Shown here piece after piece: positions 11,003 to 20,888 of a stretch of DNA of 64,000 nt. The notes under the pieces are model-generated. The model was not told the origin of the DNA. It saw only the letters and a list, made by a program, of their open reading frames with translations, and searched no databases. Made by a program: the position numbers and the translations under genes. Every line of letters starts with the position of its first letter. Positions within the stretch are counted from its first letter, which is position 1. Where the stretch lies: contig JAPLNR010000069.1 of the NCBI GenBank assembly GCA_026401035.1, positions 44 through 64,043 on the forward strand. The letters run 5' to 3'. Source of the DNA: Planctomycetia bacterium (GTDB lineage: Bacteria; Planctomycetota; Planctomycetia; Pirellulales; UBA1268).

Positions 11003-12187
11003 ATGGCCGCATCGCCCACCACGCCCCGCCGGGTCGCCGTCGTCATCGAGGCCTCCAACGCCTACGCCCGCGGACTGCTTGCGGGCATTCATCGCCATGT
11101 GCGGGAGCACGAGCCCTGGACGATCTTCCTGCCCGAGCACGGCCGCGGAACGCCGCCGCTGGAGTCGCTCGCGCGGTGGCGGGGCGACGGCGTGATCGCG
11201 AGAATCGAGACCGGGGCGATCGCGGAGGTTGTCACCCGCCTGCGCAAGCAGCAGCGGATTCCCGTGGTCGACGTGAGCGCCGCGCGGCTCATGGCCGGCA
11301 TTCCCTACGTCGAAACAGACGACCGGACCATCGCCGGGCTCGCCACAGCGCACTTTCTCGAACGGAATTTCCGCAGCTTCGGGTTTCTGGGCGACGCCCG
11401 TTTTCGCTGGAGCGACCACCGACGGCGGGCCTTCGTGGACAGCCTCGCGTCGAGCGGGCATTCGGTCGCCGTCTTCGAGCAGCCGGCGGCCGCCGGGGAG
11501 GCAGGCGACGACGAGGCCGTGCAGGCCTGGCTCGAGCAGTTGCCGAAGCCGGCGGCGATCTTCGCCTGTTATGACATCCGCGGCCGGCAGGCGCTCGATG
11601 CCTGTCGGCGGGCCGGGATCGCCGTGCCCGATCAGGTGGCGGTGCTCGGCGTCGACGACGACGAACTGCTCTGCGGCCTGGCGAACCCGCCGCTGTCGAG
11701 CGTGATTCCCGATGCCGCCGGTGCAGGGCAGCTGGCGGCCGGGGTGCTCGAGCAGCTCATGCACGGCGCAGTTCTCGAACGCGACGAATGGCTGCTGCCA
11801 CCGCTGGGAATTTCGACGCGACAGAGCACCGACGTGCTGGCGATCGACGACGAGCTGGTCGTGGCCGCGGTGCGGCAGATTCGCGCGCAGGCCTGCAAGG
11901 GCGTGAAGGTGCCCGACATCGCCCGGGCGGTCGGCACCACCCGCCGAACGCTCGAATCGCGGTTCGTCAAATGCCTGGGCCGCACGCCCCACGCCGAGAT
12001 CGCGAGGGTGCAGTTTCGCCGCGTCGAGCAACTGCTGCGGGAGACGGCCCTGCCGCTGGCCGTGATCGCCGAACGGGCCGGATTCCGGCATACCGAATAC
12101 ATGACCGTGGCGTTTTCCCGACACTACGGCCTGCCGCCCAGCCGCTGGCGGAAGCAGCACCAGCAACCGACGGCTGCCCGTCAGTAG
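11003..12187 (+). CDS. xylR: XylR-type transcriptional regulator (periplasmic-binding-protein fold plus AraC HTH)
   Basis: YARGLLAGI, DGVIARIE, VPDQVAVLGVDD...PPLSSV, RQSTD linker and C-terminal AraC HTH (IAERAGF...PSRWR). Confidence 0.85.
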   Translation: MAASPTTPRRVAVVIEASNAYARGLLAGIHRHVREHEPWTIFLPEHGRGTPPLESLARWRGDGVIARIETGAIAEVVTRLRKQQRIPVVDVSAARLMAGIPYVETDDRTIAGLATAHFLERNFRSFGFLGDARFRWSDHRRRAFVDSLASSGHSVAVFEQPAAAGEAGDDEAVQAWLEQLPKPAAIFACYDIRGRQALDACRRAGIAVPDQVAVLGVDDDELLCGLANPPLSSVIPDAAGAGQLAAGVLEQLMHGAVLERDEWLLPPLGISTRQSTDVLAIDDELVVAAVRQIRAQACKGVKVPDIARAVGTTRRTLESRFVKCLGRTPHAEIARVQFRRVEQLLRETALPLAVIAERAGFRHTEYMTVAFSRHYGLPPSRWRKQHQQPTAARQ

Positions 12188-12207
12188 ACAACGGAGACTC
12201 TAGTCCG

Positions 12208-12303
12208 ATGGATTTCCCCGATCTGGCCCCCTGGTTCGACAATGAATCCGACGAATATGTCGAACTCGTGACAGCGGACCACGAGCTGCCCTACGACGAG
12301 TGA
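12208..12303 (+). CDS. Possible 31-aa acidic small protein
   Basis: ATG...TGA with GGAG upstream; MDFPDLAPWFDNESDEYVELVTADHELPYDE; mostly G/C-ending codons. Confidence 0.35.
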   Translation: MDFPDLAPWFDNESDEYVELVTADHELPYDE

Positions 12304-12424
12304 CGGCCGGCCCACCTTTCGCAGGGGCCGCAGTTTCCCGGGGCGGTTGGCGTTACCGCGGCGGGCTCGAAACGCTACATATCCGCGGGCGGCGCTGCCC
12401 CCCCACGGTGTCTGGAGCGGATGT

Positions 12425-13558
12425 GTGTTATCGCGACTGACATCGCGGTTGGTGACGAGCGTGATCTGTGCTGCGCTCGCAGTGCGGATTGTGTGCGGGC
12501 AGGAGCCGGCGGGGCAGGATGCGGTGACGGCGACGCCCGCCGCCGATGCAGCACCGCGAATCGCCCTTCTGCCGCCGATCGACTTCAATCTCGAGCAGGA
12601 GTTTTTCGCTAACGAGCCGATGTCGGATCTCGATCCCGAGGTGGCGGAGCCCAAGCGGAAACGCGAGTCCCCGTACGGCTCGTCGGCGCCCTTCACGATG
12701 GGCGGTTTCTGGGCGCCCGAGGTCGACGTCGCGGGACAGGCGTCGAAACTCGGCATCAACGCCGAGTTTGCCCGGCTGGCGGTTCCGCTCGGTATCCCTG
12801 TGGCAGGGGAGCCAATCTGGATCGGCATCGCCAAGTTCGGACGGCTGGAACTGGCGACCGACGCGATCCTGCCCGATTCCGGCCAGCCGATCCCCAACCA
12901 GCTCTGGCTCGTGGAAACCGGCTTCATGCACATCCGCCCGCTTGCCAACGGCGGCACTCTTGGCGGCACGTTTCTCTTCGGATCGGCCAGCGACCGGCCT
13001 TACGCCGCGGGCCGCGACCTGACCCTCGTGACGATCGGTTTCTACAACCGGCCGGCGAAAAACGAACGTGACGAATGGAGCTACAGCATTTTCTATTCGC
13101 CGACATCGCAGCTGCCTTACCCGCTACCCGGCATGGCATACGTCTGGCGGCCGAGCGAAACCTTCGAGGCAAAGATCGGCGTGCCGCCGGCCGTCGAGTA
13201 TCGGCCGACCGAGGATTGGACCTTTTCGGTCAACTATTTTCCGCTCGTCAATTTCAACGCCACGGCACGCCGCCGGCTCAGCGACCAGTTGTCGCTGCTG
13301 GCCTACTATCGGACCGACACCGAAATCTACTTCCTTGCCGATCGTGCCCAGGACAACGAGCGGTTCTATGTGTTCGATCAGCGGGCTGCCGTGGGGCTGG
13401 AGCAGTCGCTCGCCAGGGGGTTCGCCCTAGAACTCACGGCGTCGTATCTGTTCGACCGGAAGCTCTTTCAGGGAGAGAATTTCACGTCCGGCCGCACCGA
13501 CGTGGTCCAATTCGATCCCGGGTTGGGCCTCTCGCTCCAGCTGCTCTGGCGTCGATAA
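12425..13558 (+). CDS. Putative outer-membrane beta-barrel protein (DUF6268-like)
   Basis: GTG start with GGAG RBS, signal-like N-terminus, alternating aromatic beta-strands, terminal GLSLQLLWRR strand. Confidence 0.6.
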   Translation: MLSRLTSRLVTSVICAALAVRIVCGQEPAGQDAVTATPAADAAPRIALLPPIDFNLEQEFFANEPMSDLDPEVAEPKRKRESPYGSSAPFTMGGFWAPEVDVAGQASKLGINAEFARLAVPLGIPVAGEPIWIGIAKFGRLELATDAILPDSGQPIPNQLWLVETGFMHIRPLANGGTLGGTFLFGSASDRPYAAGRDLTLVTIGFYNRPAKNERDEWSYSIFYSPTSQLPYPLPGMAYVWRPSETFEAKIGVPPAVEYRPTEDWTFSVNYFPLVNFNATARRRLSDQLSLLAYYRTDTEIYFLADRAQDNERFYVFDQRAAVGLEQSLARGFALELTASYLFDRKLFQGENFTSGRTDVVQFDPGLGLSLQLLWRR

Positions 13559-13852
13559 TGGCCGTTTTTAAGGTTTTCGAGGGCAAAAAGCCCGCCCCTG
13601 CTCACCCGCCGAGCGATTCCGGGGAGTCGCTTCCGGCTTGCCAAAGAACCGCTTGAAAAAGAGATTGTGTTTCCCCCCGCAATTGTTTAATCTTCATCGG
13701 CTGGTTTGAGACGAAGTTATGCGTTGTGCGGTGGCCGTTGGCCGTGCCGCAACTCCCTATCCTCGCCCTTACCGTCTGGCGGGCCGCCAATCTCTGGCCC
13801 TTTCGACGTGACCCCGAAAGCATATTTGGGTCACCGGTAGGAGTGTTATTTG

Positions 13853-14182
13853 ATGGGGAAGAAACTTTACGTCGGGAACCTTGCTTACAGCGTCACCAAT
13901 GACGTGCTCGAGCAGCTGTTCTCGGAATTCGGGACCGTTGTGAGTGCACAGGTCATTCAGGATCGCGACACGGGCCGCAGCAAGGGCTTCGGCTTTGTCG
14001 AGATGCAGGCGGATGACGCCGCCCAGCGGGCGATCAGCGCCATGAACGACAAGGAGCACGACGGCCGGCCTCTGACGGTCAACGAAGCCAAGCCCCGCGA
14101 AAGCAGTGGCGGTGGCGGCGGCGGCGGTCGGGGTGGCTACCGTGGCGGTGGCGGTGGTGGCGGCGGCGGCGGCCGCTACTAA
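13853..14182 (+). CDS. RRM RNA-binding protein with Gly-rich tail
   Basis: RNP2 LYVGNL, RNP1 KGFGFVEM, LTVNEAKPR, GGGGRGGY tail; AGGAG RBS. Confidence 0.95.
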   Translation: MGKKLYVGNLAYSVTNDVLEQLFSEFGTVVSAQVIQDRDTGRSKGFGFVEMQADDAAQRAISAMNDKEHDGRPLTVNEAKPRESSGGGGGGGRGGYRGGGGGGGGGGRY

Positions 14183-14206
14183 GCCCTGACGGCTTGATAA
14201 CGAATC

Positions 14207-14252
14207 AAGGCCGGAGGCGTCGGAAACGACACCTCCGGCCTTCTTCGTTTTG
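14207..14252 (+). terminator. Intrinsic terminator hairpin
   Basis: AAGGCCGGAGG-C-GTCG-GAAA-CGAC-A-CCTCCGGCCTT followed by CTTCGTTTTG, just after the RRM stop. Confidence 0.75.
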
Positions 14253-14303
14253 TCACAGTTTTCGGTTGCTGGCCCAAGCCCGGCCCGTGTCCTCGGAAAG
14301 CAT

Positions 14304-14325
14304 GACAGGCTGAAGCCTGTCCTAC
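14304..14325 (-). repeat. GTAG-family REP element, copy 1
   Basis: Reverse complement of GTAGGACAGGCTTCAGCCTGTC; identical copies at 25203, 39050 and 39118. Confidence 0.85.
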
Positions 14326-14354
14326 TCCGGGTGCAAGGGCTGTGACGAACAGGG

Positions 14355-15269
14355 TCAGGCCCGTGCCGCTTTCCGCAGATGCCGCGGCTGAATGACGTCG
14401 GTGGCCAGGCCCAGGCGTTCGAGCAGCAGGATCACGTAGTAGGTGACGTCGAATTCCCACCACTTGTGCTGCACGCTCGCGCTGGCCGGATCGTGATGAT
14501 GGTTGTTGTGCCAGCCCTCACCCATGGCCAGCAGGGCCACAAGCCAGTTGTTCCGACTATCCTCGTCCGTTGCATACGTGCGGTAGCCGAAGAGATGGGT
14601 CAGTGAGTTCACGCTCCACGTGATGTGCCAGACCAGCACGGTGCGGAGATACACGCCCCATACGAGCCAACTAACGGCCAGCTGCACCCCATGCGACCAG
14701 TCGCCACCCGTCCAGCGGCCGACAAGCAGCCCCGCGACCGCAAACAGGGCCGCATGTACGAGATAGATCACCAGCGGTGCCGTGGGATGGCGTTCCAGGT
14801 AGCGGTAGTAGTCGTCGGCGAGGATATCCCGGGCGTATTTGTCAAAAAACGCGAACGATTTGCGGTCGGGGGAGCGGCGGAACAGCCAGCCGATGTGCGA
14901 CCAGGCGATCCCGTTGCGGGGCGAGTGTGGGTCGGGGATTTCGTCGGAGTGCTTGTGATGCAGCCGGTGGTTTCCCACCCAGCGGGCCGGCGTGTCCTCG
15001 AGCGAGCAGAGGGCGATCGTGGCCAGCGTGCGTTCCAGCCAGCGGGGCACCTTCAGGCTGCGGTGCGCGAGGAGCCGGTGGTAGCAGAGGTTGATTCCCA
15101 GCGTGCCGAACACGTTGGTGCCGATCGCCGCAAGCGCCAGCCCCGACCAGCTGAAGCACCAGGGCAGAAATGCGAAGCAGGCCAGCAGGTGCACCACCGT
15201 GATGGGCACCAGGTATTCCCAGTGGATACCGGCGCCCGCGGGCGCCCGGGAAACGGTCGACGTAGCCAA
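14355..15269 (-). CDS. Delta-9 type fatty acid (acyl-lipid/acyl-CoA) desaturase
   Basis: Three His boxes HRLLAH, HRLHHKHSD and GEGWHNNHH; hydrophobic segments; TTG start is uncertain. Confidence 0.92.
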   Translation of the reverse strand: MATSTVSRAPAGAGIHWEYLVPITVVHLLACFAFLPWCFSWSGLALAAIGTNVFGTLGINLCYHRLLAHRSLKVPRWLERTLATIALCSLEDTPARWVGNHRLHHKHSDEIPDPHSPRNGIAWSHIGWLFRRSPDRKSFAFFDKYARDILADDYYRYLERHPTAPLVIYLVHAALFAVAGLLVGRWTGGDWSHGVQLAVSWLVWGVYLRTVLVWHITWSVNSLTHLFGYRTYATDEDSRNNWLVALLAMGEGWHNNHHHDPASASVQHKWWEFDVTYYVILLLERLGLATDVIQPRHLRKAARA

Positions 15270-15439
15270 AGGAGCGTCTCTGCGTAAGGGCGGGTGTCTA
15301 TGGTGTCATTGCGTCGCGGTGTCAGGCTCGAGGCCGAAGCCACGACGATGGGGTAATTGTCGGGGTCTCCGCGGAAACCGCAATCCCCGGACCGGCAGAT
15401 TCGTGCGGCGGCACCGCCCCGGACTGCTGGTCAAGCCGG

Positions 15440-16936
15440 TTACGAAAAGCCTGCGGACGGCACTGCGCCACCGGGCCGGTCGAACGGCGGTTCCATCGCA
15501 TCGAGCACGTCCGCGAGCGGCACCGTGGCAAACGTGGTGGCGTAATCGCTCATCGAGTAGGGAATGACGAGCAGACCGTTATGCAGCAGCGAACCGCAAC
15601 TGTAGACGACGTTGGGAACGTAGCCGGCCCGTTCGTTCTCGTTGGGGGAGAGGAGCGGTGTTCGCAGCCGGCCGATCACCTGTGACGGATCCTCGAGGTC
15701 GAGGAGCACCGCACCGATCGAATATTTCCGCATTGGTCCGACCCCATGCGTGAGCACGAGCCAGCCCGCGGGCGTCTCGATCGGCGACCCGCAGTTGCCG
15801 ATCTGCACGTATTCCCAAGGATAGGTGGGCCGGAGGATGAGCCGCTTGGAGTGCCAGAAATGGAGCATGTCGGACTCCATGAGGTAGATGTTTTCGCCGT
15901 CCTGCCGGGAGAGCATCACGTAGACGCCGTTGATGCGGCGCGGAAACAGGGCCAGGCCCTTGTTGGTGATTTCGGGGCCGTTGAGCGTGCTCACGCGAAA
16001 GCGGACGAAGTCGTCGGTTTCGACGAACTGCGGCAGGAAAACGTTGCCGTCGAAGGCCGTGTAGGTGGCGAAATAGTGGACCGTGCCGTCGTCCTCCACG
16101 AACCGCACGAATCGGGCGTCCTCGATGCCATTGGTCTCGGCCGGCGAATAGGGAAAGATCACCCGCTCGGAGATGTCGGAATCGGGCTCGCACTCGATCT
16201 CGTAGTTGGCCCGCGCGAGCGCCACGATCGCGGCCGCAAACGGCTCCCACTCCCGCCGCCGGGCGCGGTGCTGGCGGGAGGTATGGGCCAGCGAGGCTTC
16301 CAGGTCGCCGAGTGTGAAGAAGTCGTCGAGGCTTCCGAACACCAGATCCACGAACGCATCCGTGATCCCGAGCTCGACCAGCTTCTTGAGAAACAGGCTC
16401 TTGTCGTACTGGCTGTTGGCCACGACGTGCGGGGATGTCACGAAGCCCGTCGGGCTTGCGATCGTGATCGCGCCGGCCGCATCGATGGTGCCCGATCGGA
16501 AGCCGACACTCGAGACATGTCCCTCGCCGATTGCCCGAAGGCTCACGATGAAGCGGCGGGTGCCCGGCGGCAGGTTGCCTTGCTCCGGATGCCAGATGAG
16601 CGAGGGATTGAAGAGCGCGGCGCTTTCGAGCGCGTATTCCTGCGTGAAGAAGGAGCCGAGGAGCAGCCGCCGCGAGTCGCTGAGCGGCCGGTCGGTCAGC
16701 AGGTGATGCTTGACCGCCTCGTAGCGTTCCTGGAAGAAGTTCAAAAGCCGCTGGTGCCGGCCGTGAAACTCGGAGAGGACACCCCCCAGGAGCGTTTCCA
16801 CCTCGGCGTCGGAAAGCTCCATGACACGGCTGGTGATCTTCATGCCGCGCTGGGGATGGGGCGGCTCGAACGGGCGGTAGAGCACCCGTGCGTTGTTCGG
16901 TCGGAGCAGGATGCCCGTGCGGTTCACGTTCAGCAT
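15440..16936 (-). CDS. Glycoside hydrolase family 130-like protein
   Basis: EYALESAALFNPS, NGIEDARF, NKGLALFPR, QIGNCGSP, GYVPNVVYSCG. Confidence 0.88.
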   Translation of the reverse strand: MLNVNRTGILLRPNNARVLYRPFEPPHPQRGMKITSRVMELSDAEVETLLGGVLSEFHGRHQRLLNFFQERYEAVKHHLLTDRPLSDSRRLLLGSFFTQEYALESAALFNPSLIWHPEQGNLPPGTRRFIVSLRAIGEGHVSSVGFRSGTIDAAGAITIASPTGFVTSPHVVANSQYDKSLFLKKLVELGITDAFVDLVFGSLDDFFTLGDLEASLAHTSRQHRARRREWEPFAAAIVALARANYEIECEPDSDISERVIFPYSPAETNGIEDARFVRFVEDDGTVHYFATYTAFDGNVFLPQFVETDDFVRFRVSTLNGPEITNKGLALFPRRINGVYVMLSRQDGENIYLMESDMLHFWHSKRLILRPTYPWEYVQIGNCGSPIETPAGWLVLTHGVGPMRKYSIGAVLLDLEDPSQVIGRLRTPLLSPNENERAGYVPNVVYSCGSLLHNGLLVIPYSMSDYATTFATVPLADVLDAMEPPFDRPGGAVPSAGFS

Positions 16937-19278
16937 GTGGTTTTCGCCGCCGGGTGGACCCGCCGCGGCCGTTGGGCGGTCGCACCGGCCGCGAGGAGTT
17001 TCATTTCGACGACGGCGGCCAGATAGGCGAGCGTCGACTCGGCGCCCTGATTCTCGTTGGCCCTGTCTTCGAGCAGTCCGTCGCGGCAGCCGCCGGTCCG
17101 CGGGTCGCAGAGGGCCACGCCGAGAACGTTGTGGCCATGAAACCAGTCAAACGCAGTCCAGGCCCTGTCGAGCCAGGCCGAGTCGCCCGTGGCATGGAAG
17201 GCCTCGATGCAGGCTGCGATCGTGGCCTGGGCCTCGATCGGCTGCTGGTCGAAGACGGCTGCCGCTCCGTCGCGGGGCAGGAACCCGTGGCAGCCGACCG
17301 GGGAAAAACGGCCCGTCGGTGAGAGCTGGATCGCCGCGAGCCAGTCGAGCATTGCCAGGCCGGTCTGCAGGGCGTCCTCGTTGCCCGTCCAGCGTCCGCT
17401 GAGGATCAGGGCTTGGCAGGGGCGGGCATTTTCGTAGGCGACGATGTCTTCGAACCACGGCCAGTCGGCAGCCGCATTCCTGCGGTGGAGGTCGAGAAGC
17501 CGCTCGGTGAGTTGTCGACGGATCGTCTCCACGAGCCGGTCGCCGTGCAGGCGGCGGAGGTATTCCTGGATGCCGATGATCGCCAGAGCCCAGGCTCGCG
17601 GGCTCGTGCTGGCGGTGACGGAACGGATCGCCGGCTCGAAATAGTTCATGGCCCAGCGGCTCAGGCTCGGCTGCCGCGAGCGGCCGATGCAGGTGCCGAG
17701 CGCGACGACGGCCCGGCCCAGGCAGTCGTCGGTGCCGCCGTCGTCGAGCCAGCGGCGGTCAAACCCGAGGAAATTCCGAAACCGGCCGCTCGACGGCACG
17801 AAGGCATGGCCGAGAAACGCGGCATAGACCGCCGCCGCCCGGCTGGTCGGCTGTGATTCCAGGCCAAGCTCCTCGAGCAGCACCATGAGCGTGAGGGCCC
17901 GGGCGTTGTCGTCGGTGCAGTAGCCCTCGGAGCGATTGGGAACATCGTGGGCCGCATGCTGCAGAATTCCGGTTGAGTCGGTGAGCCGCCAGAGGTGGTC
18001 AAGCGCGAGCGGCGGCAGAGGTTGCCGGTGGGGCCGCGAGGACTGCGGGGAATGGCCCGACGATCCCTTGCCGACGGACTGTGCCGTGCCGGAACGCCGC
18101 AGTTTCACCGTCGTCGATCGTCGTGTCTGGGCAAATGCCTCGGCATACCGCTCGGCGACGCGGCTCCAGATCATGTCGCGGCCAAGGAGATACCCGCGCT
18201 TCCGCATGGCGTGATGCCGCACGGGGTCGGCGAGCAGACCGCAGACCTCGCGGGCGATCGCCTCGGCGTTCCGGAACGGCACGAGGATGCCGCGGCTGTC
18301 GTCGAGCAGTTCGCGGGCATGCCAGTAGGGTGTCGATAGCACCGCCTTGCCGCAGCCGAAGGCATAGGCCAGCGTGCCCGACGTGATCTGGTCTTCGTTG
18401 AGGTACGGCGTGACGTAGATGTCGGCGGCGCCGATGAAAGTGAGCAGTTCCGGCATGTCGACGAAGCGGTTGTGAAAGACCACGTGCTTCTCCACGCCGA
18501 GATCCACGGCCATCTGCTCGAGCTGCTCCCGGTAGCCTTCGCCCTGCTCGCGGAGCAGATGTGGGTGGGTGGCTCCCAGCACCACGTACCGCGTGGCGGG
18601 ATGCTGCTCCACCACGGCGGGCAGCGCCCTGATCACGTGCTCGATGCCCTTGTTGGGCGAGAGCAGGCCGAACGTGAGGAGCACGTTGTCGCCTTCCATA
18701 CCGAAGCGGTCCTTGTGGAAATTCGGATCGACGAACTCCACGTCGGGAATGCCGTGGGGAATCACGTCGATCCGGTCGTCGGCAACGCCGTAGACCTCGC
18801 GGAGCAGCCCGCGGCCACGCTGCGTCATGACGGCCAGCCGGGCCGAGAGATGAAGCACATCGCTCATGACCCGCCGCTGATCGGGCGTGGGGTGGGCGAG
18901 AACGGTATGGAGCGTGGTGTGGATCGGCGCCCGGACGTTCCGCATCAGTTCGAGCACGTGCCCGCCGGCGTCGCCGCCGAAGATGCCGTACTCGTGCTGG
19001 AGGGAGACGACGTCGACGTTCGAGAGATTCAGGAACTCGGCGGCCCGTTGGTAGGCCGTCACGTCGGCGTCGGCGCACTCGAACCGCACCTCGGCGGGAT
19101 ACTCGTAGGATCGTCCACCGTCGTTCATCGGCACGACGAGACAATCGGCCTGCGGGAGGTGGGCAGCGACGGCGTTGCGCACGTCGCGGGTGAACGTGGC
19201 GATGCCGCAACGGCGCGGGGCGTAGTTGCCGATGAAGGCGATGCGGTTGAGAACGCTGCCGGTGGAGGAGGGAGTCAT
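16930..19278 (-). CDS. Glycosyltransferase family 4 with C-terminal alpha/alpha-barrel domain
   Basis: PRRCGIATFT, QHEYGIFGG, FGLLSPNKGIE, SGTLAYA, STPYWHARE; C-terminal GYCTDDNARAL, FDQQPIEA, NQGAESTL. Confidence 0.9.
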   Translation of the reverse strand: MTPSSTGSVLNRIAFIGNYAPRRCGIATFTRDVRNAVAAHLPQADCLVVPMNDGGRSYEYPAEVRFECADADVTAYQRAAEFLNLSNVDVVSLQHEYGIFGGDAGGHVLELMRNVRAPIHTTLHTVLAHPTPDQRRVMSDVLHLSARLAVMTQRGRGLLREVYGVADDRIDVIPHGIPDVEFVDPNFHKDRFGMEGDNVLLTFGLLSPNKGIEHVIRALPAVVEQHPATRYVVLGATHPHLLREQGEGYREQLEQMAVDLGVEKHVVFHNRFVDMPELLTFIGAADIYVTPYLNEDQITSGTLAYAFGCGKAVLSTPYWHARELLDDSRGILVPFRNAEAIAREVCGLLADPVRHHAMRKRGYLLGRDMIWSRVAERYAEAFAQTRRSTTVKLRRSGTAQSVGKGSSGHSPQSSRPHRQPLPPLALDHLWRLTDSTGILQHAAHDVPNRSEGYCTDDNARALTLMVLLEELGLESQPTSRAAAVYAAFLGHAFVPSSGRFRNFLGFDRRWLDDGGTDDCLGRAVVALGTCIGRSRQPSLSRWAMNYFEPAIRSVTASTSPRAWALAIIGIQEYLRRLHGDRLVETIRRQLTERLLDLHRRNAAADWPWFEDIVAYENARPCQALILSGRWTGNEDALQTGLAMLDWLAAIQLSPTGRFSPVGCHGFLPRDGAAAVFDQQPIEAQATIAACIEAFHATGDSAWLDRAWTAFDWFHGHNVLGVALCDPRTGGCRDGLLEDRANENQGAESTLAYLAAVVEMKLLAAGATAQRPRRVHPAAKTTC

Positions 19279-19746
19279 GGGGCCTCGGGGAGCAAGCAAC
19301 CAGCATGCCTGCCGCGGAACCCGGCGAAAAAGTGAACCATTCGCCAGACGCGGATCGGACGCCCGGCGAATTGCCGAGCGCGATCCCTCCCTGCGTTGCC
19401 AGGATTATACCCACGCCGGCGCCGGCGGTGAATGATGATGCCTGCTCAAAGGCGGTTAGCCGCAAGACACATCCGCCCCGAGGCAACTGGTTGCGTGGGG
19501 TCTGATAGCGCGTAAGAAGGCCGTCTCAATCCTGTTCGGCCCGGCCTGTGTCAACAACCCGCATTGGTCGCCGGCGGCAGAAGTCTCCTTCGCGCTACAT
19601 TTTCTCCTTTGACGACCTACGGAGCTGCCGACCTCAGAAGGTCGAAAATGCAGACGCTCGTCGAGCTTCCGCCGACCGACTCCCCAGCATCGGGAGTCGC
19701 AGGTGTTGGAAAGTGAAACAGCAGAGATCGCTGGTTCCACAGTCTG

Positions 19747-20727
19747 TTAGCAGGACTGCATGGCGCCGTCGATCCGCTCGAGGATGGTGGCGATGATCTC
19801 GCGATCGGAGCCGGGACGGCGCGGGCTCTGCGGATGCGGCTCGTCGCTGGCGATCAGGCCCTTGAGGTGCAATGCCTGGGCCATTGAATGCTTGTAGGCC
19901 GGCACTGGGCGGCGGAAGGCGAAGTCGCCGAGAGCCTGCAGGGCGTCGTCGAGTTCGTCGCAGCGGGAGTCGCCCGCGGCCCACCAGTGATCCCGCCGCG
20001 CAAACGCCTCGGGAGCGGCGGTCGAAAGGCCGAGCAGCCAATCGCTGCCGTATCGCACCATGTCGATCGCCAGATCGTTGCCGGTGAAGACGTGAAACTC
20101 GGGCCGCACCCGGTCGCGGAGGGCGAGCCGTTGCCATTCGAGCCGTCGCGACAGCGACGAGTGCTTGGCACCGATGCAGTTGGGAATCTGCATCAGCTCC
20201 GCGTAGGCGTCGAGGCCGAGCACGCGGCCGCTGGGCACGAACTCAGTCGAGAGCTCGAAGCCGATGAACCGCTCGCAGCGGCCGGCGAGCGCCCGGGTGC
20301 GGGCGATCATGTCGGCATCGCTGCCGGCCGTGAGTCCAAACGACGGAAAGATGACGGGCGTGGCCCCGACTGCCGCGATCATGTCGAGCTGCCGGCCGTA
20401 GGCCGCCTCGTCGAATGCCGCGCCGGGGGCATCGACGACGCAGGCGCCCGCCACGAGTTCGCCCGAGCCGAGCGTGGCCCGCGCCAGCCGGAGCGCCTCC
20501 CCACGGGTGGCGTCGTCGAGAAGGTGGACGTAGCCAGTGTCCATGTTCACGGCGGGCGTGATCCCAGCCGCGGCCGTGCGGCCGACGTGGGCCGCGAAGT
20601 TGGACCAGTCGATCCGCTTGTCGGCAGTGAACGGGAGGAGAATCGCGGAGATCCCGGTGACCTTCCGCCGCGGCCGCAGCAGCGTGAAGGGATCGGCGGA
20701 CAGCAGGGGTGTGTGTGTGGTGCTCAT
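19747..20727 (-). CDS. Dihydrodipicolinate synthase-family (class I aldolase fold) protein
   Basis: GISAILLPF, PAVNMDTGY, Schiff-base Lys in IGAKHSS, TGNDLAID. Confidence 0.8.
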   Translation of the reverse strand: MSTTHTPLLSADPFTLLRPRRKVTGISAILLPFTADKRIDWSNFAAHVGRTAAAGITPAVNMDTGYVHLLDDATRGEALRLARATLGSGELVAGACVVDAPGAAFDEAAYGRQLDMIAAVGATPVIFPSFGLTAGSDADMIARTRALAGRCERFIGFELSTEFVPSGRVLGLDAYAELMQIPNCIGAKHSSLSRRLEWQRLALRDRVRPEFHVFTGNDLAIDMVRYGSDWLLGLSTAAPEAFARRDHWWAAGDSRCDELDDALQALGDFAFRRPVPAYKHSMAQALHLKGLIASDEPHPQSPRRPGSDREIIATILERIDGAMQSC

Positions 20728-20888
20728 GCCGCGGAGTATCGACGAGATGCCGCCATGATTCCAGTCAGGGCTCCCGCCGACTCCCGCCGAATAGATGCGG
20801 CACTGATGGTTTTAGGACACGAAGATGATGCTTCTGCGCAGGCTCGACGACCGCCGGACTGCGGTAGACTGTGGCGAGGAGCCCAGCC

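Noticed and set aside
14107-14175. GGC/GGT trinucleotide run
   Set aside because: It simply encodes the Gly-rich tail of the RRM protein.
15440-19278. GT4/GH130 pair as a novel system
   Set aside because: This two-gene arrangement is widespread in bacteria and nothing unusual is seen here.
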